Under the pieces are notes generated by a model. That model worked only from the letters and a program-made list of their open reading frames with translations, did no database searches and was not told the DNA's origin. From a bacterium (lineage in GTDB: Bacteria; Hinthialibacterota; Hinthialibacteria; Hinthialibacterales; Hinthialibacteraceae): DNA of 64,000 bases. The first letter of the stretch is position 1. Every line of letters begins with the position of its first letter. Positions 1 to 9,939 of this stretch are shown in pieces. Both the position numbers and the translations under genes were made by a program. The stretch lies in NCBI GenBank assembly GCA_963662285.2, contig CAXXMV010000002.1:1664001-1728000 (forward strand), read 5' to 3'.

Positions 1-126
1 TTTATTAAACGCAAAAAGTGGAATCTCAACGCCATCATAACCAAGTTCAGCCAACCGTTCTAAAACATTCACATGCTTCTCTGTTATTACCGTATCCCAT
101 AATAATAAGTTCAAACCAATTTTCAT
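1..126 (-). CDS. Sugar phosphate isomerase/epimerase (D-tagatose 3-epimerase-like), N-terminal part, runs off the window edge
   Basis: Not in ORF track. ATG at 126 with GGAGG SD; hand translation MKIGLNLLLWDTVITEKHVNVLERLAELGYDGVEIPLF, a typical GYDGVEIP TIM-barrel epimerase start. Confidence 0.75.
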   Translation of the reverse strand, partial: MKIGLNLLLWDTVITEKHVNVLERLAELGYDGVEIPLFAFNK

Positions 127-396
127 TGTACTATTCCTCCCGATTGGGTTTAATAAATTATTTCTTGTATTCCTAAATCAATGTTCTTTCCATATATTTT
201 CTAAGCATCTAATCTCCGATAATTATCTAATCTATCAGATTATCATGCCAACCGTCAATTGGTTAAGTGGAGAGGATGGGAGATATTAATGTATTTAACC
301 TTTTTTTAGTGATAAGTTCAGATATGGCTAATGTTTTTCCGAACATTTTATTATAAAATAGTGACTTATATAAAAACTACACGAAGGAGGAATCTT

Positions 397-1083
397 ATGA
401 TCAAAAGAGTATGCCTGTTATTAATCGTTTGCTTTATTTCACTGGGCGCCATTGCGGCGGAAAAAGCCGATCCGTTCGCTGTGGGAGAAAAATGGGTTTA
501 CAAACATGATGGCCCGAAACCAATGAGCTGGAGAAATGAGAAAATCGAAGGCGATATGGTTCGAGTTGTCACCGGGATTAAGGGAGAAGGCGAGCAAAAA
601 CGCTGGATCATCAAAGAAACTTATGGCGCAGCTGATGAACGCCCAACCAGTTCCTACATTGATAGCAATAATCAGTATTCCAAAATGGATTCAGGCGCTG
701 ATCGATCAATGACTTACGATCCAGCTGTTCCGTTCTATTTCCCTGAATTAAAAGTAGATGAAACAAAAGAGATTAAAACCCAGTTCAGTTTTGGACAGGG
801 TGGTTTCCCTGTATCTATTACATACAAACGCGTGGCTGATGAAACGATTAAAGTCCCCGCTGGAGAATTTAAGAATTGCCAGCATTACAAGGTGGAAACG
901 GTATTTACTTTTAACCGTGATGGCAATGAATTTAAGATGAAATCAAATCGTGAACTTTGGTATAACGCTAAAGTGAATGGTTTTGTGAAAATCATGATGA
1001 TTCAACCAGATCGTGAATTTAACGGTGAAGTCCGAAAAGGTTATACCGCCTCCAGCGAATTGAAAGAGTATTCCAAGAAATAA
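397..1083 (+). CDS. Secreted beta-rich hypothetical protein (VPAGEF motif, DUF3108-like), paralog 1
   Basis: Start moved to ATG 397 after AAGGAGG; Sec signal ending AIA-AE; highly similar to the next gene. Confidence 0.75.
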   Translation: MIKRVCLLLIVCFISLGAIAAEKADPFAVGEKWVYKHDGPKPMSWRNEKIEGDMVRVVTGIKGEGEQKRWIIKETYGAADERPTSSYIDSNNQYSKMDSGADRSMTYDPAVPFYFPELKVDETKEIKTQFSFGQGGFPVSITYKRVADETIKVPAGEFKNCQHYKVETVFTFNRDGNEFKMKSNRELWYNAKVNGFVKIMMIQPDREFNGEVRKGYTASSELKEYSKK

Positions 1084-1137
1084 TGATTTACGTTTTATGA
1101 TTAATGAATGACAAGAAATACCCAAGGGAGGAAACTT

Positions 1138-1824
1138 ATGTTCAAAAAAGCATGTCTGTTCCTTATCGTTTGTAGTATTTCACTGGGCGCCATTGCGGCG
1201 GAAAAAGCCGATCCGTTCGCCGTGGGAGAGAAATGGGTCTATAAACATGATGGCCCAAGACCAATGAGCCGGAGCAGCGATCAAATCGAAGGCGACCGGA
1301 TTCAAGTTGTAACTGAGATTCGAGGAGAAGGAGAGAAGAAACTCTGGATCATCAAAGAAACTTATGGCGCAGACGATGAACGCCCAACCAGCTACTATAT
1401 TGATGTCAATAAACAGTATGCCAAAAGAGATTCAGGCCCTGATCGATCAATGACTTACGATCCAGCTGTTCCGTATTATTTCCCAGAATTAAAAGTTGGT
1501 GAAGAAAAAGAAATTAAGACCAACAGTAGTTTTGGGCAGGGTGAATTCCCCATTTCTATGACATACAAACGCGTCGCCGATGAAACGGTTAAAGTCCCCG
1601 CTGGAGAATTTGAGAATTGCCAGCATTACAAGGTGGAGATTGTATATACTTTTAACCGTGGTGGAAATGAAATGAAGATGACATCTAACAATGAACTTTG
1701 GTATAACGCCAAAGTGAATGGGATGGTGAAAATCGTCTTAATCAGACCAGATCGTGAATTTAATGGTCAAGTCCGTAAAGGTTACACCGCCACCAGTGAA
1801 TTGAAAGAGTATTCCAGGAAATAG
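1138..1824 (+). CDS. Secreted beta-rich hypothetical protein, paralog 2
   Basis: ATG 1138 after GGGAGG; tandem duplicate of 397-1083. Confidence 0.75.
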   Translation: MFKKACLFLIVCSISLGAIAAEKADPFAVGEKWVYKHDGPRPMSRSSDQIEGDRIQVVTEIRGEGEKKLWIIKETYGADDERPTSYYIDVNKQYAKRDSGPDRSMTYDPAVPYYFPELKVGEEKEIKTNSSFGQGEFPISMTYKRVADETVKVPAGEFENCQHYKVEIVYTFNRGGNEMKMTSNNELWYNAKVNGMVKIVLIRPDREFNGQVRKGYTATSELKEYSRK

Positions 1825-1861
1825 TTATTACGCATTATTACGTTATGGCTATAATCATACT

Positions 1862-1901
1862 AAAGAGGGGCTGCACAAATATCTGCGCAGCCCCTCTCTT
1901 T
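1862..1901 (+). terminator. Intrinsic terminator-like hairpin
   Basis: AGAGGGGCTGC-loop-GCAGCCCCTCT followed by CTTT, between convergent genes. Confidence 0.6.
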
Positions 1902-1912
1902 GTTATACGTAT

Positions 1913-1967
1913 AGCCCTTGATTAAACGCACCTACGCGTAGGGGGGCGCGCGCCTCACCGACCCACC
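1913..1967. repeat. Back-to-back degenerate GTAG-REP elements
   Basis: AGCCCTTGATTAAACGCACCTAC (family A, minus) then GTAGGGGGGCGCGCGCCTCACCGACCCACC, which is similar to 54135-54164. Confidence 0.55.
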
Positions 1968-2006
1968 AAAAATCCACTAACGAAAACCAACCACTACCCC
2001 CACCAA

Positions 2007-3689
2007 TCATTCAACCGCAAATACATAAATCTCCCGTATACTAGGTCCATCAGTAGATTCAAGGATATTCAAGCGAATATTACGAGCCGTAATTGGATCA
2101 AAAGAGATATTCAGTTTATCTCCTATTTTCCCGCCTTTGTGGAACGTAATCCATTTATCATTCTTTTTGTATTGTAGTTCGAACTTTTGTATGCGGTTGT
2201 ATGATTCGCGAATGGCGATCCGGTTAAATTTGGCTTCTTTCTCAAGATCAACCGATATCCATGCATTTTCGATCCCCGAATCACTGGCCCACCTTGTGCT
2301 TAAATCATTATCAAAAGCTTTCTTAGGACCGAACGCCCAGGTATTATTCTGATAGACATTCGACGCCTGCGCCTCTTTCTGCGCCGCTAAAGAATCATAT
2401 TGCTGTAAGTTAATGGCATCGATCTCAGCGGCTGGACCATCCAACTGCAAAGCGATGATGGTATCCAGATCATCAATGTTTTCGCGGGGCAGGGATATCT
2501 CGATTCCTTTGTCAGTTTTTTTAAAGGTGGCTTGACCGCCGGTCAACGCTTTACAGGATATGATTTCTTTATCGATATTGGGTATAAGAAATGTGGATTT
2601 ATCTCCCCAATTAACAATATGCAGATAGATGTTGTTGCCACTGTGAGTGCTGCCGCCCCATTCGCCGGTTTTGAATGGGCCGCCGCGTGTTTCATAGATC
2701 GTGTCGCCATACTTTTTCAACCAGGCGCCAATCTCTTTCAAGCGTTCGACTTGCCTTGCTTCGATCTCGCCATTGGGCATGGGGCCGACGTTGAGCAGCA
2801 GGTTGCCGTCGCCGCCCACCGAACGCACCAGAATATCAATGCATTCCTTCAGGGTTTTCAGTTGGTCATCAGGTTTCCATGCCCACTGATGGCAAATGGT
2901 CATACAGGTTTCCCAGGCGCGGTCATTTTGAAAATGCCCCACGCGCTGTTCGGGAGTATCGAAATCAGCCGGTAACCCGGCGCGGTTGTTGATGATAATC
3001 CCCGGCTGTAATTTGTAGATCATGGGCAGCAGTTCTTTGGCGTTCCACTTATCCGGTCCGGCGCCCAGGCCGTCAAACCACATAATACTCAGTTTGCCGT
3101 AATTTGTGCATAATTCTCTGACCAGATTATGCAGGTATTTGATATAACGGTCATGGTTTTCAGAGAAATAATCGGCATGATGCCAGTCCGGCGGCGAATG
3201 ATAAAAGCCCAGTTTGATGCCCGCTTTATGACATGCATCAGCCAATTCCTTGACCACATCGCGTCCGAATGGAGAGTTGGTGATTTTGTAATCGGTATAC
3301 TGGCTATCGAACATGCAAAAACCGTCATGGTGCTTGGTGGTGAAGACCAGGTATTTCATACCGGTCGCTTTGGCTATGGCGACCCATTCATCAGCGTTGA
3401 ATTTCACCGGATTGAATTTCTTGTAGAGGTTGTCATATTCCTCAACTGGAATTTCGCCTTTGCCCTTGGGGAATTTCCTCTCGCCGCCGCGCGACCATCC
3501 GATCTCTGTACCTTTCAGGCTGACCGGCCCCCAATGGATGAATAACCCGAACTTGGCGTCCCGAAACCACTGCATATCCTCTTGATCCGCATTAAGTTGC
3601 GGTTCATCCGCTTGAACTGTCAACAAAAACGAAAAGCCTAGAAGACAGAGTATCAAAGAAATTATAGTAAGCCTGAAATGAATCCTCAT
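2007..3689 (-). CDS. Alpha-L-fucosidase (GH29) with C-terminal F5/8 type C (CBM32-like) domain
   Basis: WFRDAKFGLFIHWG, TTKHHDGF, WFDG, LLLNVGP motifs; signal peptide; start at MRIH after GGAG. Confidence 0.92.
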   Translation of the reverse strand: MRIHFRLTIISLILCLLGFSFLLTVQADEPQLNADQEDMQWFRDAKFGLFIHWGPVSLKGTEIGWSRGGERKFPKGKGEIPVEEYDNLYKKFNPVKFNADEWVAIAKATGMKYLVFTTKHHDGFCMFDSQYTDYKITNSPFGRDVVKELADACHKAGIKLGFYHSPPDWHHADYFSENHDRYIKYLHNLVRELCTNYGKLSIMWFDGLGAGPDKWNAKELLPMIYKLQPGIIINNRAGLPADFDTPEQRVGHFQNDRAWETCMTICHQWAWKPDDQLKTLKECIDILVRSVGGDGNLLLNVGPMPNGEIEARQVERLKEIGAWLKKYGDTIYETRGGPFKTGEWGGSTHSGNNIYLHIVNWGDKSTFLIPNIDKEIISCKALTGGQATFKKTDKGIEISLPRENIDDLDTIIALQLDGPAAEIDAINLQQYDSLAAQKEAQASNVYQNNTWAFGPKKAFDNDLSTRWASDSGIENAWISVDLEKEAKFNRIAIRESYNRIQKFELQYKKNDKWITFHKGGKIGDKLNISFDPITARNIRLNILESTDGPSIREIYVFAVE

Positions 3690-3842
3690 CGGTTTGCTCC
3701 ACAAATAGTTTTTGAAATCATTATGATTTTTGCAAACCTCTAATGAACTTTCTAGTGGAATATGTTATTATTCTTAAAACGGCAGTTAGATTATGATTTT
3801 ATTTTATCGACATTTGGAAAATTTATGGTTTTTGAAAACAAT

Positions 3843-3992
3843 CCCCTCTTGAATTCTCACCAACTTGGGGGAGAGGGATTTTGGAGATATAACCAGTTTT
3901 TTTGTTTTGGCTTAGTAATACAAAATACTGTGGTTAAACATTCCTCTCCCAAGATTGGGAGAGGTTTGGAGAGGGTTGATAACAATCACCCT
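3843..3992. repeat. Inverted pair of BoxC-like repeats
   Basis: CCTCTCCCAAGATTGGGAGAGGTTTGGAGAGGGTTGATAACAA at 3942, near-identical to 43148; degenerate inverted copy at 3843-3878. Confidence 0.65.
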
Positions 3993-4090
3993 AGCAAAGA
4001 AATAACTAACAACAGTATTTTTTACCTTCTGGGTGAAAAGAAATATTCTGAAATCAGTAGATCAATGCCTCATCATGGAGTAATGGTAAT

Positions 4091-4639
4091 ATGAAAAATA
4101 GTGGATTTACCTTGATAGAATTGTTGATTGTGGTCGCCATTATCGGGATTCTGGCGGCAATTGCCGTCCCGAATTTCTTGAATGCGCAGGTAAGAGCCAA
4201 AATCGCTGGTACGCAAGCGGATCAACGTTCTCTGGCTACGGCGCTTGAATCGTACCGTATGGATAAAAATATGTATCCGCCGACTCCCAACACCGCCGCC
4301 AATCTACGTTTCGCCCGTTTGGCCAAATTAACCTCGCCTACTCCATATATGTCCAGCGTGCCGCTTGATCCTTTCCGCTCCAGATTGGTGCACGATATGC
4401 TAGACAGCGCATATCCCTTCTGGGATCCGGAAACGGCTGATGCACAAAGGAAAAGCGGTAACCGGTTTGATGCTTTGCCAAGCGTAAAGAGCCGTTTAGG
4501 AGGTTGGGTGCTGCATGGCGCCGGGCCGGATCAAGACTATGAACCGGATACCGCCGGGGGCGGTTCAGGAATAATCTATTTATTTGATGCTTCCAATGGA
4601 TTAAACAGCGATGGAGATATCGATCGATTTGGTTTGTAG
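4091..4639 (+). CDS. Prepilin-type N-terminal cleavage/methylation protein (GspG-like pseudopilin)
   Basis: G|FTLIELLIVVAIIGILAAIAVP class III signal; DPF and GPD head motifs. Confidence 0.9.
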   Translation: MKNSGFTLIELLIVVAIIGILAAIAVPNFLNAQVRAKIAGTQADQRSLATALESYRMDKNMYPPTPNTAANLRFARLAKLTSPTPYMSSVPLDPFRSRLVHDMLDSAYPFWDPETADAQRKSGNRFDALPSVKSRLGGWVLHGAGPDQDYEPDTAGGGSGIIYLFDASNGLNSDGDIDRFGL

Positions 4640-4656
4640 CAGGTGGAATCACATTA

Positions 4657-4683
4657 GGGCAACCACAAGGTAATTGCCCCTAC
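4657..4683 (-). repeat. GTAG-REP element
   Basis: Minus strand GTAGGGGCAATTACCTTGTGGTTGCCC; related to 43702 and 47772. Confidence 0.6.
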
Positions 4684-4722
4684 AATGTTTTGATTCAAAT
4701 GGTGTTTTGTTTTTATCGGAGA

Positions 4723-5277
4723 TCAAATATACTCAGAAAGCAACTCAGGGCTGGGCGCCGGAATAACCACCTGGCTAACTAAAACGCCGCGTTGTTTAGC
4801 CACGAAGGCTGCCGCGTCAACCGAGGCTTTTACTGCTGAAACATCTCCAGTAACCAACATGAAGCCCTTGCCGCCGATGGCCATGGCAACATGGATGCGG
4901 AACAGGGTGACGTCAGCAGCTTTAGCGGCGGCGTCGCTGGCTTCCAATATGCTGGCAACAGTAAAGGTTTCCACAATGCCCAAGGCGCCAGTCTGCTCTG
5001 GAGATAGTGGAGTTGTTTGAGATAATGCGGGGAAGACGCTATCGTGGACGCTGGGGATAACCAAACTATCAATCACGGCGTCTGAGCAGATATTCAATCC
5101 AGCGTCAACGCTGGATTGTACGTCAGCCACTTCTCCCCCGACGATCACGGCGTACTTGCCGGAACAAACCGTGCGGGCTACTAAAAGATTCACGGAGGAG
5201 GCTTTCAACATGGCATCCTCGGCTTGATAGCCTATACCGATGCTTGACAATTCGATCATTCCTATGGCTTGAGACAT
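4723..5277 (-). CDS. pduT: Tandem-domain bacterial microcompartment shell protein, PduT-like
   Basis: Two BMC domains (AIGMIEL, ALGIVET, IGGKG); conserved Cys in RTVCSGKY. Confidence 0.85.
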   Translation of the reverse strand: MSQAIGMIELSSIGIGYQAEDAMLKASSVNLLVARTVCSGKYAVIVGGEVADVQSSVDAGLNICSDAVIDSLVIPSVHDSVFPALSQTTPLSPEQTGALGIVETFTVASILEASDAAAKAADVTLFRIHVAMAIGGKGFMLVTGDVSAVKASVDAAAFVAKQRGVLVSQVVIPAPSPELLSEYI

Positions 5278-5291
5278 CGTTGATTCTCCGT

Positions 5292-6608
5292 TTATCCCTG
5301 TTCTATAATAATGTGAGTGGCTTGCGCTAGTTTAATGATGCCATCAATGCTGGCGTGGATCGGCGTTCCCAGTTGATCGTTATCCACCGAACCGATCATG
5401 TCTCCCTGTTTAACCCGGTCGCCTACTGATACCACTGGTTGAGCGGGAGCGCCGACATGTTGACGCATGGGAATATTAACCTGCCGGGGCGATAAATTGA
5501 TATCGGTTAAAGGGCCTTTATTCTCGAAGCAGTTAAGACCTAACTTGGTTATCAAGCGTGATATGGGAGTTTGTCGCCCTTCCCGCATTCCATGAACCTG
5601 GCGGTCGGGAACATCTTCCGGGTATGAAATCTTCTGCTCACGTAGTTCACGCTTGTTTATAGCGCAAATATCTTTCGGCGCCAGGTCTTCAGGACAGGCT
5701 ACCAAACTGCATAAGTTGCATTCGCAGCAATAATGGGTTCCTACTACCAACTGAAGTTTATCATGGCTGAATCCCAGGGCGCGCATGGCTTTATGCGGCT
5801 CAATGGGGTGACCCAGCAGATACCGGGGGCACATTTCGGTGCAGAAAGAGCATTGGTCGCATGCTGATTTACCGATTACACGTACGTTAGATTCAGTGCG
5901 GCTATATTTTTGAATCAGTGGATGATCTTCTGGAAACACCAGTAATCCGCCAGTGGTTTTAGTTATGGGATCATCTAAATTTTGGGCCAGACGCCCCATC
6001 ATGGTTCCGCCGGTGATCAAGGCGTAGGGTTCAACATTGGCGCCGCCGCAGGCTTCAATCACGGAGCGATAAGTTACGCCAATGGGAACCTCAACGGTTT
6101 GCGGATGATTCACGGCGCCCGCCACAGTAAGAAACTTGGTCGTGACTGGTTTGGCTCTGGCGACGTTGAGGACTGTCTCGACATTCATGACTACCGCGCC
6201 GACCTGAATTGGCAGCCCGCCGCGTGGAATCACCTTGCCGATTGTTTCATAGACCAGGACGAATTCGTCTCCAGCAGGGTAAAAATCACCCAATGGATGA
6301 ATCCTCATTCCCTCGCGCAACTTCGGCGTAAGCAATTCAATGACTTCCAGGTATTTCCCTTTGATGCCCAGAATGGTTTCTTTGGCGCCTAAATGCGCCT
6401 GAATTTTAGCCATTCCTTCAATCAACTCGTCGCAGAAATGCTTGAGCAGTTCTTTATCTTTATGCAGCAGCGGTTCGCATTCCGCACCATTGATGATAAG
6501 CGTATTGACGGAGGTTTTGAGTTTCGCATAAGTTGGAAATCCGGCGCCTCCGGCGCCGACAATACCATTGCTGCGCACCAGGTCTATGAAAGTAGTGTCC
6601 GTACTCAC
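5292..6608 (-). CDS. pduS: PduS-like flavin/4Fe-4S oxidoreductase (RnfC-related, SLBB domain)
   Basis: GAGGAGFPT, NGAECEPLL, CDQCSFCTEMCP, CCECNLCSLVACP, C-terminal QHVGAPA; directly upstream of pduT-like gene. Confidence 0.85.
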   Translation of the reverse strand: MSTDTTFIDLVRSNGIVGAGGAGFPTYAKLKTSVNTLIINGAECEPLLHKDKELLKHFCDELIEGMAKIQAHLGAKETILGIKGKYLEVIELLTPKLREGMRIHPLGDFYPAGDEFVLVYETIGKVIPRGGLPIQVGAVVMNVETVLNVARAKPVTTKFLTVAGAVNHPQTVEVPIGVTYRSVIEACGGANVEPYALITGGTMMGRLAQNLDDPITKTTGGLLVFPEDHPLIQKYSRTESNVRVIGKSACDQCSFCTEMCPRYLLGHPIEPHKAMRALGFSHDKLQLVVGTHYCCECNLCSLVACPEDLAPKDICAINKRELREQKISYPEDVPDRQVHGMREGRQTPISRLITKLGLNCFENKGPLTDINLSPRQVNIPMRQHVGAPAQPVVSVGDRVKQGDMIGSVDNDQLGTPIHASIDGIIKLAQATHIIIEQG

Positions 6609-6845
6609 GTTTGGTTTAATCTCCGCTCGAACGGTTAATAAAGGGATTTTGTATTTAAGAGAGGTTATTAATGAACATTATTGAGAGAACCGCTCTATCC
6701 GCGACTATGAACCGATTTTTTTTATAAATGTTATATTCTATTATCCTATATACATAATAATCCCTGGTTGCGATTTGATCAATCCACCAGGGCGCCGGGA
6801 GTGTTGATGAATGATTACTGGCGCTTATAAGACATGGCAGTGGAT

Positions 6846-8138
6846 CTAATGATTCAGTCGTAACTGTTGGGTTCTGGTCTGGTTGCGGCCTTTTTGTTTC
6901 GCCTCATATAAAGCTTGGTCGGCGGCTTCGATTAATTGATCCGGATTGAATTTGTTTAACGGTATTGTGCTTGCCGCGCCCAGGCTGATAGTTACGAAGT
7001 CAGATGCATCAGATTTCTGATGGGGAATCTTTAATGATAAAATGCTCTGGCGTATTTTTTCTGCAACTTTGATAGCTCCGTCAATGCGCGTTTCCGGTAA
7101 AATGATCACAAACTCTTCTCCTCCATAACGCGCAGCAAGGTCAGTCACGCGGTTGACCTGCTCTTCTAACCTTTTCGCAACCATTTGAAGGCATTCATCA
7201 CCGCTTTGGTGCCCGTAGGCGTCGTTGAATCTTTTAAAGTAATCGATATCGCATAAAATGAGAGAAAGCGGATTTCCAAAGCGGATGGCGCGCTTCCATT
7301 CCAATAACAGCACTTCATCGAATCGCCTGCGGTTGGCGATTCCTGTCAGGCCATCCATGAAACTCATGTGTTCCAGGCGTTTCTCTAAGGCCTTTCGCTC
7401 TGTAATATCTTGAAAGGTTCCCAGCAGCCGCGTGGTTCTATCTGAACTCTTTTGTTCGAAGATTGCTTGTAGGTGGCCTACGCGTTCCCGTCCGTCAAAA
7501 TGGATAAAGCGGAAATCTAATTTACATGATTTCTTATGGTGAATGGAATTGTCGAAAAATTCCTGGAATAGTTCTTTATCATCCTGATGGACAAAGTTTT
7601 CTAGAAATTCATAACTGGATGTGGCTTCTTGAGGTTCCAGCCCTAATAACCGATACATTTCATCTGACCAGGTCATTTTGTTCGTGTTGATATCCCAGTT
7701 AAAATTTCCTAAACCGGCAATTTTTTGGGTTTTGGCGAGAAGCGACTGAATATTATTCAGGGCTTTCTCTAATACCATGTATTGAGAAGCGTCTTTCAAG
7801 TAATGCACGTATTCATTCTCATGTACTTTGGCGGTTCTTATAAAAGTCGCCAATTCTGAATCGTTGCTGCGCAGTAGCAAAATTTCCGTAGAAAAGTCGC
7901 CTCCAACCTCTAATTGATCGATAGATTTTAAGAATTGATTAAAATTTTGGGGAGCGATGATGTTGAAAATATTCATGCTCAATAATTGATCCGGCTCATA
8001 TTCAAGCATTTTACTGCATGCCTCATTGGCGATGATAATATCTCCACTGGAATTTGATATGAATATTCCATCTATGGAAAAATCTATTATGGCGTCCAGT
8101 CGTTTTTTGAAGAGAAGGCTGTCATTACTGCTTGTCAT
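6846..8138 (-). CDS. PAS-PAS diguanylate cyclase
   Basis: DGLTGIANRR, DIDYFK, GGEEF active site with RxxD I-site (RVTD). Confidence 0.92.
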   Translation of the reverse strand: MTSSNDSLLFKKRLDAIIDFSIDGIFISNSSGDIIIANEACSKMLEYEPDQLLSMNIFNIIAPQNFNQFLKSIDQLEVGGDFSTEILLLRSNDSELATFIRTAKVHENEYVHYLKDASQYMVLEKALNNIQSLLAKTQKIAGLGNFNWDINTNKMTWSDEMYRLLGLEPQEATSSYEFLENFVHQDDKELFQEFFDNSIHHKKSCKLDFRFIHFDGRERVGHLQAIFEQKSSDRTTRLLGTFQDITERKALEKRLEHMSFMDGLTGIANRRRFDEVLLLEWKRAIRFGNPLSLILCDIDYFKRFNDAYGHQSGDECLQMVAKRLEEQVNRVTDLAARYGGEEFVIILPETRIDGAIKVAEKIRQSILSLKIPHQKSDASDFVTISLGAASTIPLNKFNPDQLIEAADQALYEAKQKGRNQTRTQQLRLNH

Positions 8139-8507
8139 TACGCGACTCCAAAGTTGAGGTGATTTTTGAAGGATATTACATAATATACTGTGTAAAAAAG
8201 ATAATAGTAATATATCCGTTTGCCGGTTTTAATCCATGCCATATAAATGGTAAAGCGGCATTATTGATATAACTATGATTCACTTTATTTTTTAATTATA
8301 AGTACTAAATTATACGTAATGTGAAATATATATCTTATGATAAAAATTGTATTTTTATATTGACAAGATGCTGTAAATGTAAATAATAACGCATCATAGT
8401 GATATGGAATTATCTTCTTGCTGGCGCTCAACAACATTTTTTCTACTCTTCATCGATAATCATGGCTTAGAAGATTGATGTGTTAATAAAAAAAGGGAGA
8501 GTTAACA

Positions 8508-9404
8508 ATGAAATCAAGAAAATTCTATACCTGTATTCTTGTTTTAACACTCTGTTTTTTCACCTCTTCATGCACTCCGGAAAAAGCCAAGGCGTTATAT
8601 TCAGCGGCAGTGCAATTTAAGTTAGAGTCGTTAGACGCAGTCAACGCTATCGATGAAATGATGAGCAAAGAGATTGCCGCACCGCTGAGAGAGGCAAGCC
8701 CGGCTGATGAAGAATTTGTCAAGAATCTTTTATCATTGCCCGACGATATAGAAATTGATAGTTATGTAATTAATACTGCGATTGATCCATATACAGTTGA
8801 TTTGGATGAGGATTACCTAAAACGCCGGGCGAAATTCAAATCTGATTTACACCAGCAATACTCTACCTTTGCATCTATTTTCTCTGATTTGGAAGGCGCG
8901 TTTTTAGTCGCCGCAAAAGAAATAAAACGAGCCACGGCATCTGCGGAAAAGTTAACCCTCCAATTGTCTTGTTTTGCCAAATCGATTAGTGATAATCCAC
9001 CTATTTTCTTGCAATATCGTTCTTCGATTCTTAATCAGTTTGATGAAGTATTGAAAGATGAAAATCTAGAAGAGAATGAAAAACGGATTAGTTTGCTTAG
9101 TTTGAAAGAGAAATGGCTATCTATCAAAGACCAGGAAACTCAGATGCAACGAAACACCCTTGAGAAATGCGTGAAGGCTTCTCAACTTGGTATAAAAGTG
9201 AAGGAACTGATTGAAACCTATAATAAATTATCTCTCGATGATATTCACTTTTACGTCGCCAAGATACTCGATGAAGCTGGATCTATCTCAGGAAAAGATC
9301 TAAGTGATTTAAAAATCAAATCAGAAGAAATATATACGAAGATCACATCTGATCCGATATTAAAAAACTCGGCGGATGCAATCTTGGAACAAATAACCCC
9401 ATAA
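8508..9404 (+). CDS. Helical hypothetical lipoprotein
   Basis: GGGAGAG SD; lipobox-like FTSSC after a hydrophobic stretch; long amphipathic helices. Confidence 0.7.
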   Translation: MKSRKFYTCILVLTLCFFTSSCTPEKAKALYSAAVQFKLESLDAVNAIDEMMSKEIAAPLREASPADEEFVKNLLSLPDDIEIDSYVINTAIDPYTVDLDEDYLKRRAKFKSDLHQQYSTFASIFSDLEGAFLVAAKEIKRATASAEKLTLQLSCFAKSISDNPPIFLQYRSSILNQFDEVLKDENLEENEKRISLLSLKEKWLSIKDQETQMQRNTLEKCVKASQLGIKVKELIETYNKLSLDDIHFYVAKILDEAGSISGKDLSDLKIKSEEIYTKITSDPILKNSADAILEQITP

Positions 9405-9419
9405 ACAGGAGGAAAAGAA

Positions 9420-9716
9420 ATGGATAATGATATTATCGTTCTCGAAGATGTGGCTGCATCTGTAATATCTATCGACAGGAAATATAGAAAAGCGGATTTT
9501 AATGATAAACTTTTGTTAAAAAAAGATCGAGACAAGGCTTTTAATACTTATGCGAAAGCCCGGTTGAAATTACTGGAAGACGGCGTTATATGCAAGCAAA
9601 AAGATGTCGATGAAATGAAAGAGATTCGTAGTGCAATCTCTCGCGCCAGAAAAACGCAAACCATTCTAGCCGCTATCGGTCGGTTGGTGGTATTTTTAGC
9701 GAAGATAGCCGTTTAG
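9420..9716 (+). CDS. Small basic helical hypothetical protein with hydrophobic C-terminus
   Basis: AGGAGG SD, 15 nt after the lipoprotein stop. Confidence 0.7.
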   Translation: MDNDIIVLEDVAASVISIDRKYRKADFNDKLLLKKDRDKAFNTYAKARLKLLEDGVICKQKDVDEMKEIRSAISRARKTQTILAAIGRLVVFLAKIAV

Positions 9717-9747
9717 GAATTATCGATAAAAAACTGATTATAATTTT

Positions 9748-9785
9748 ACAGGGGGTAATGGAATTTTCCATTACCCCCTGCTTAT
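9748..9785 (+). terminator. Intrinsic terminator
   Basis: CAGGGGGTAATGG-AATTTT-CCATTACCCCCTG hairpin. Confidence 0.65.
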
Positions 9786-9939
9786 TATCAAAAGAAATTT
9801 TCAACCAAAGCGCTTCCACCTGTTAGTTCTTCAATTATGTGATACATTTGTATAAAGTGCGTTTATTGAATAATTACAAACTTAACAGATAATAAGGCTA
9901 TAGTAGAATCATAATCTTCGGGGATGGGATATAGTTCTT

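Noticed and set aside
3762-4094. 110-aa ORF upstream of the pilin
   Set aside because: Reads through the BoxC-like inverted repeats in a divergent promoter region; no protein-like features
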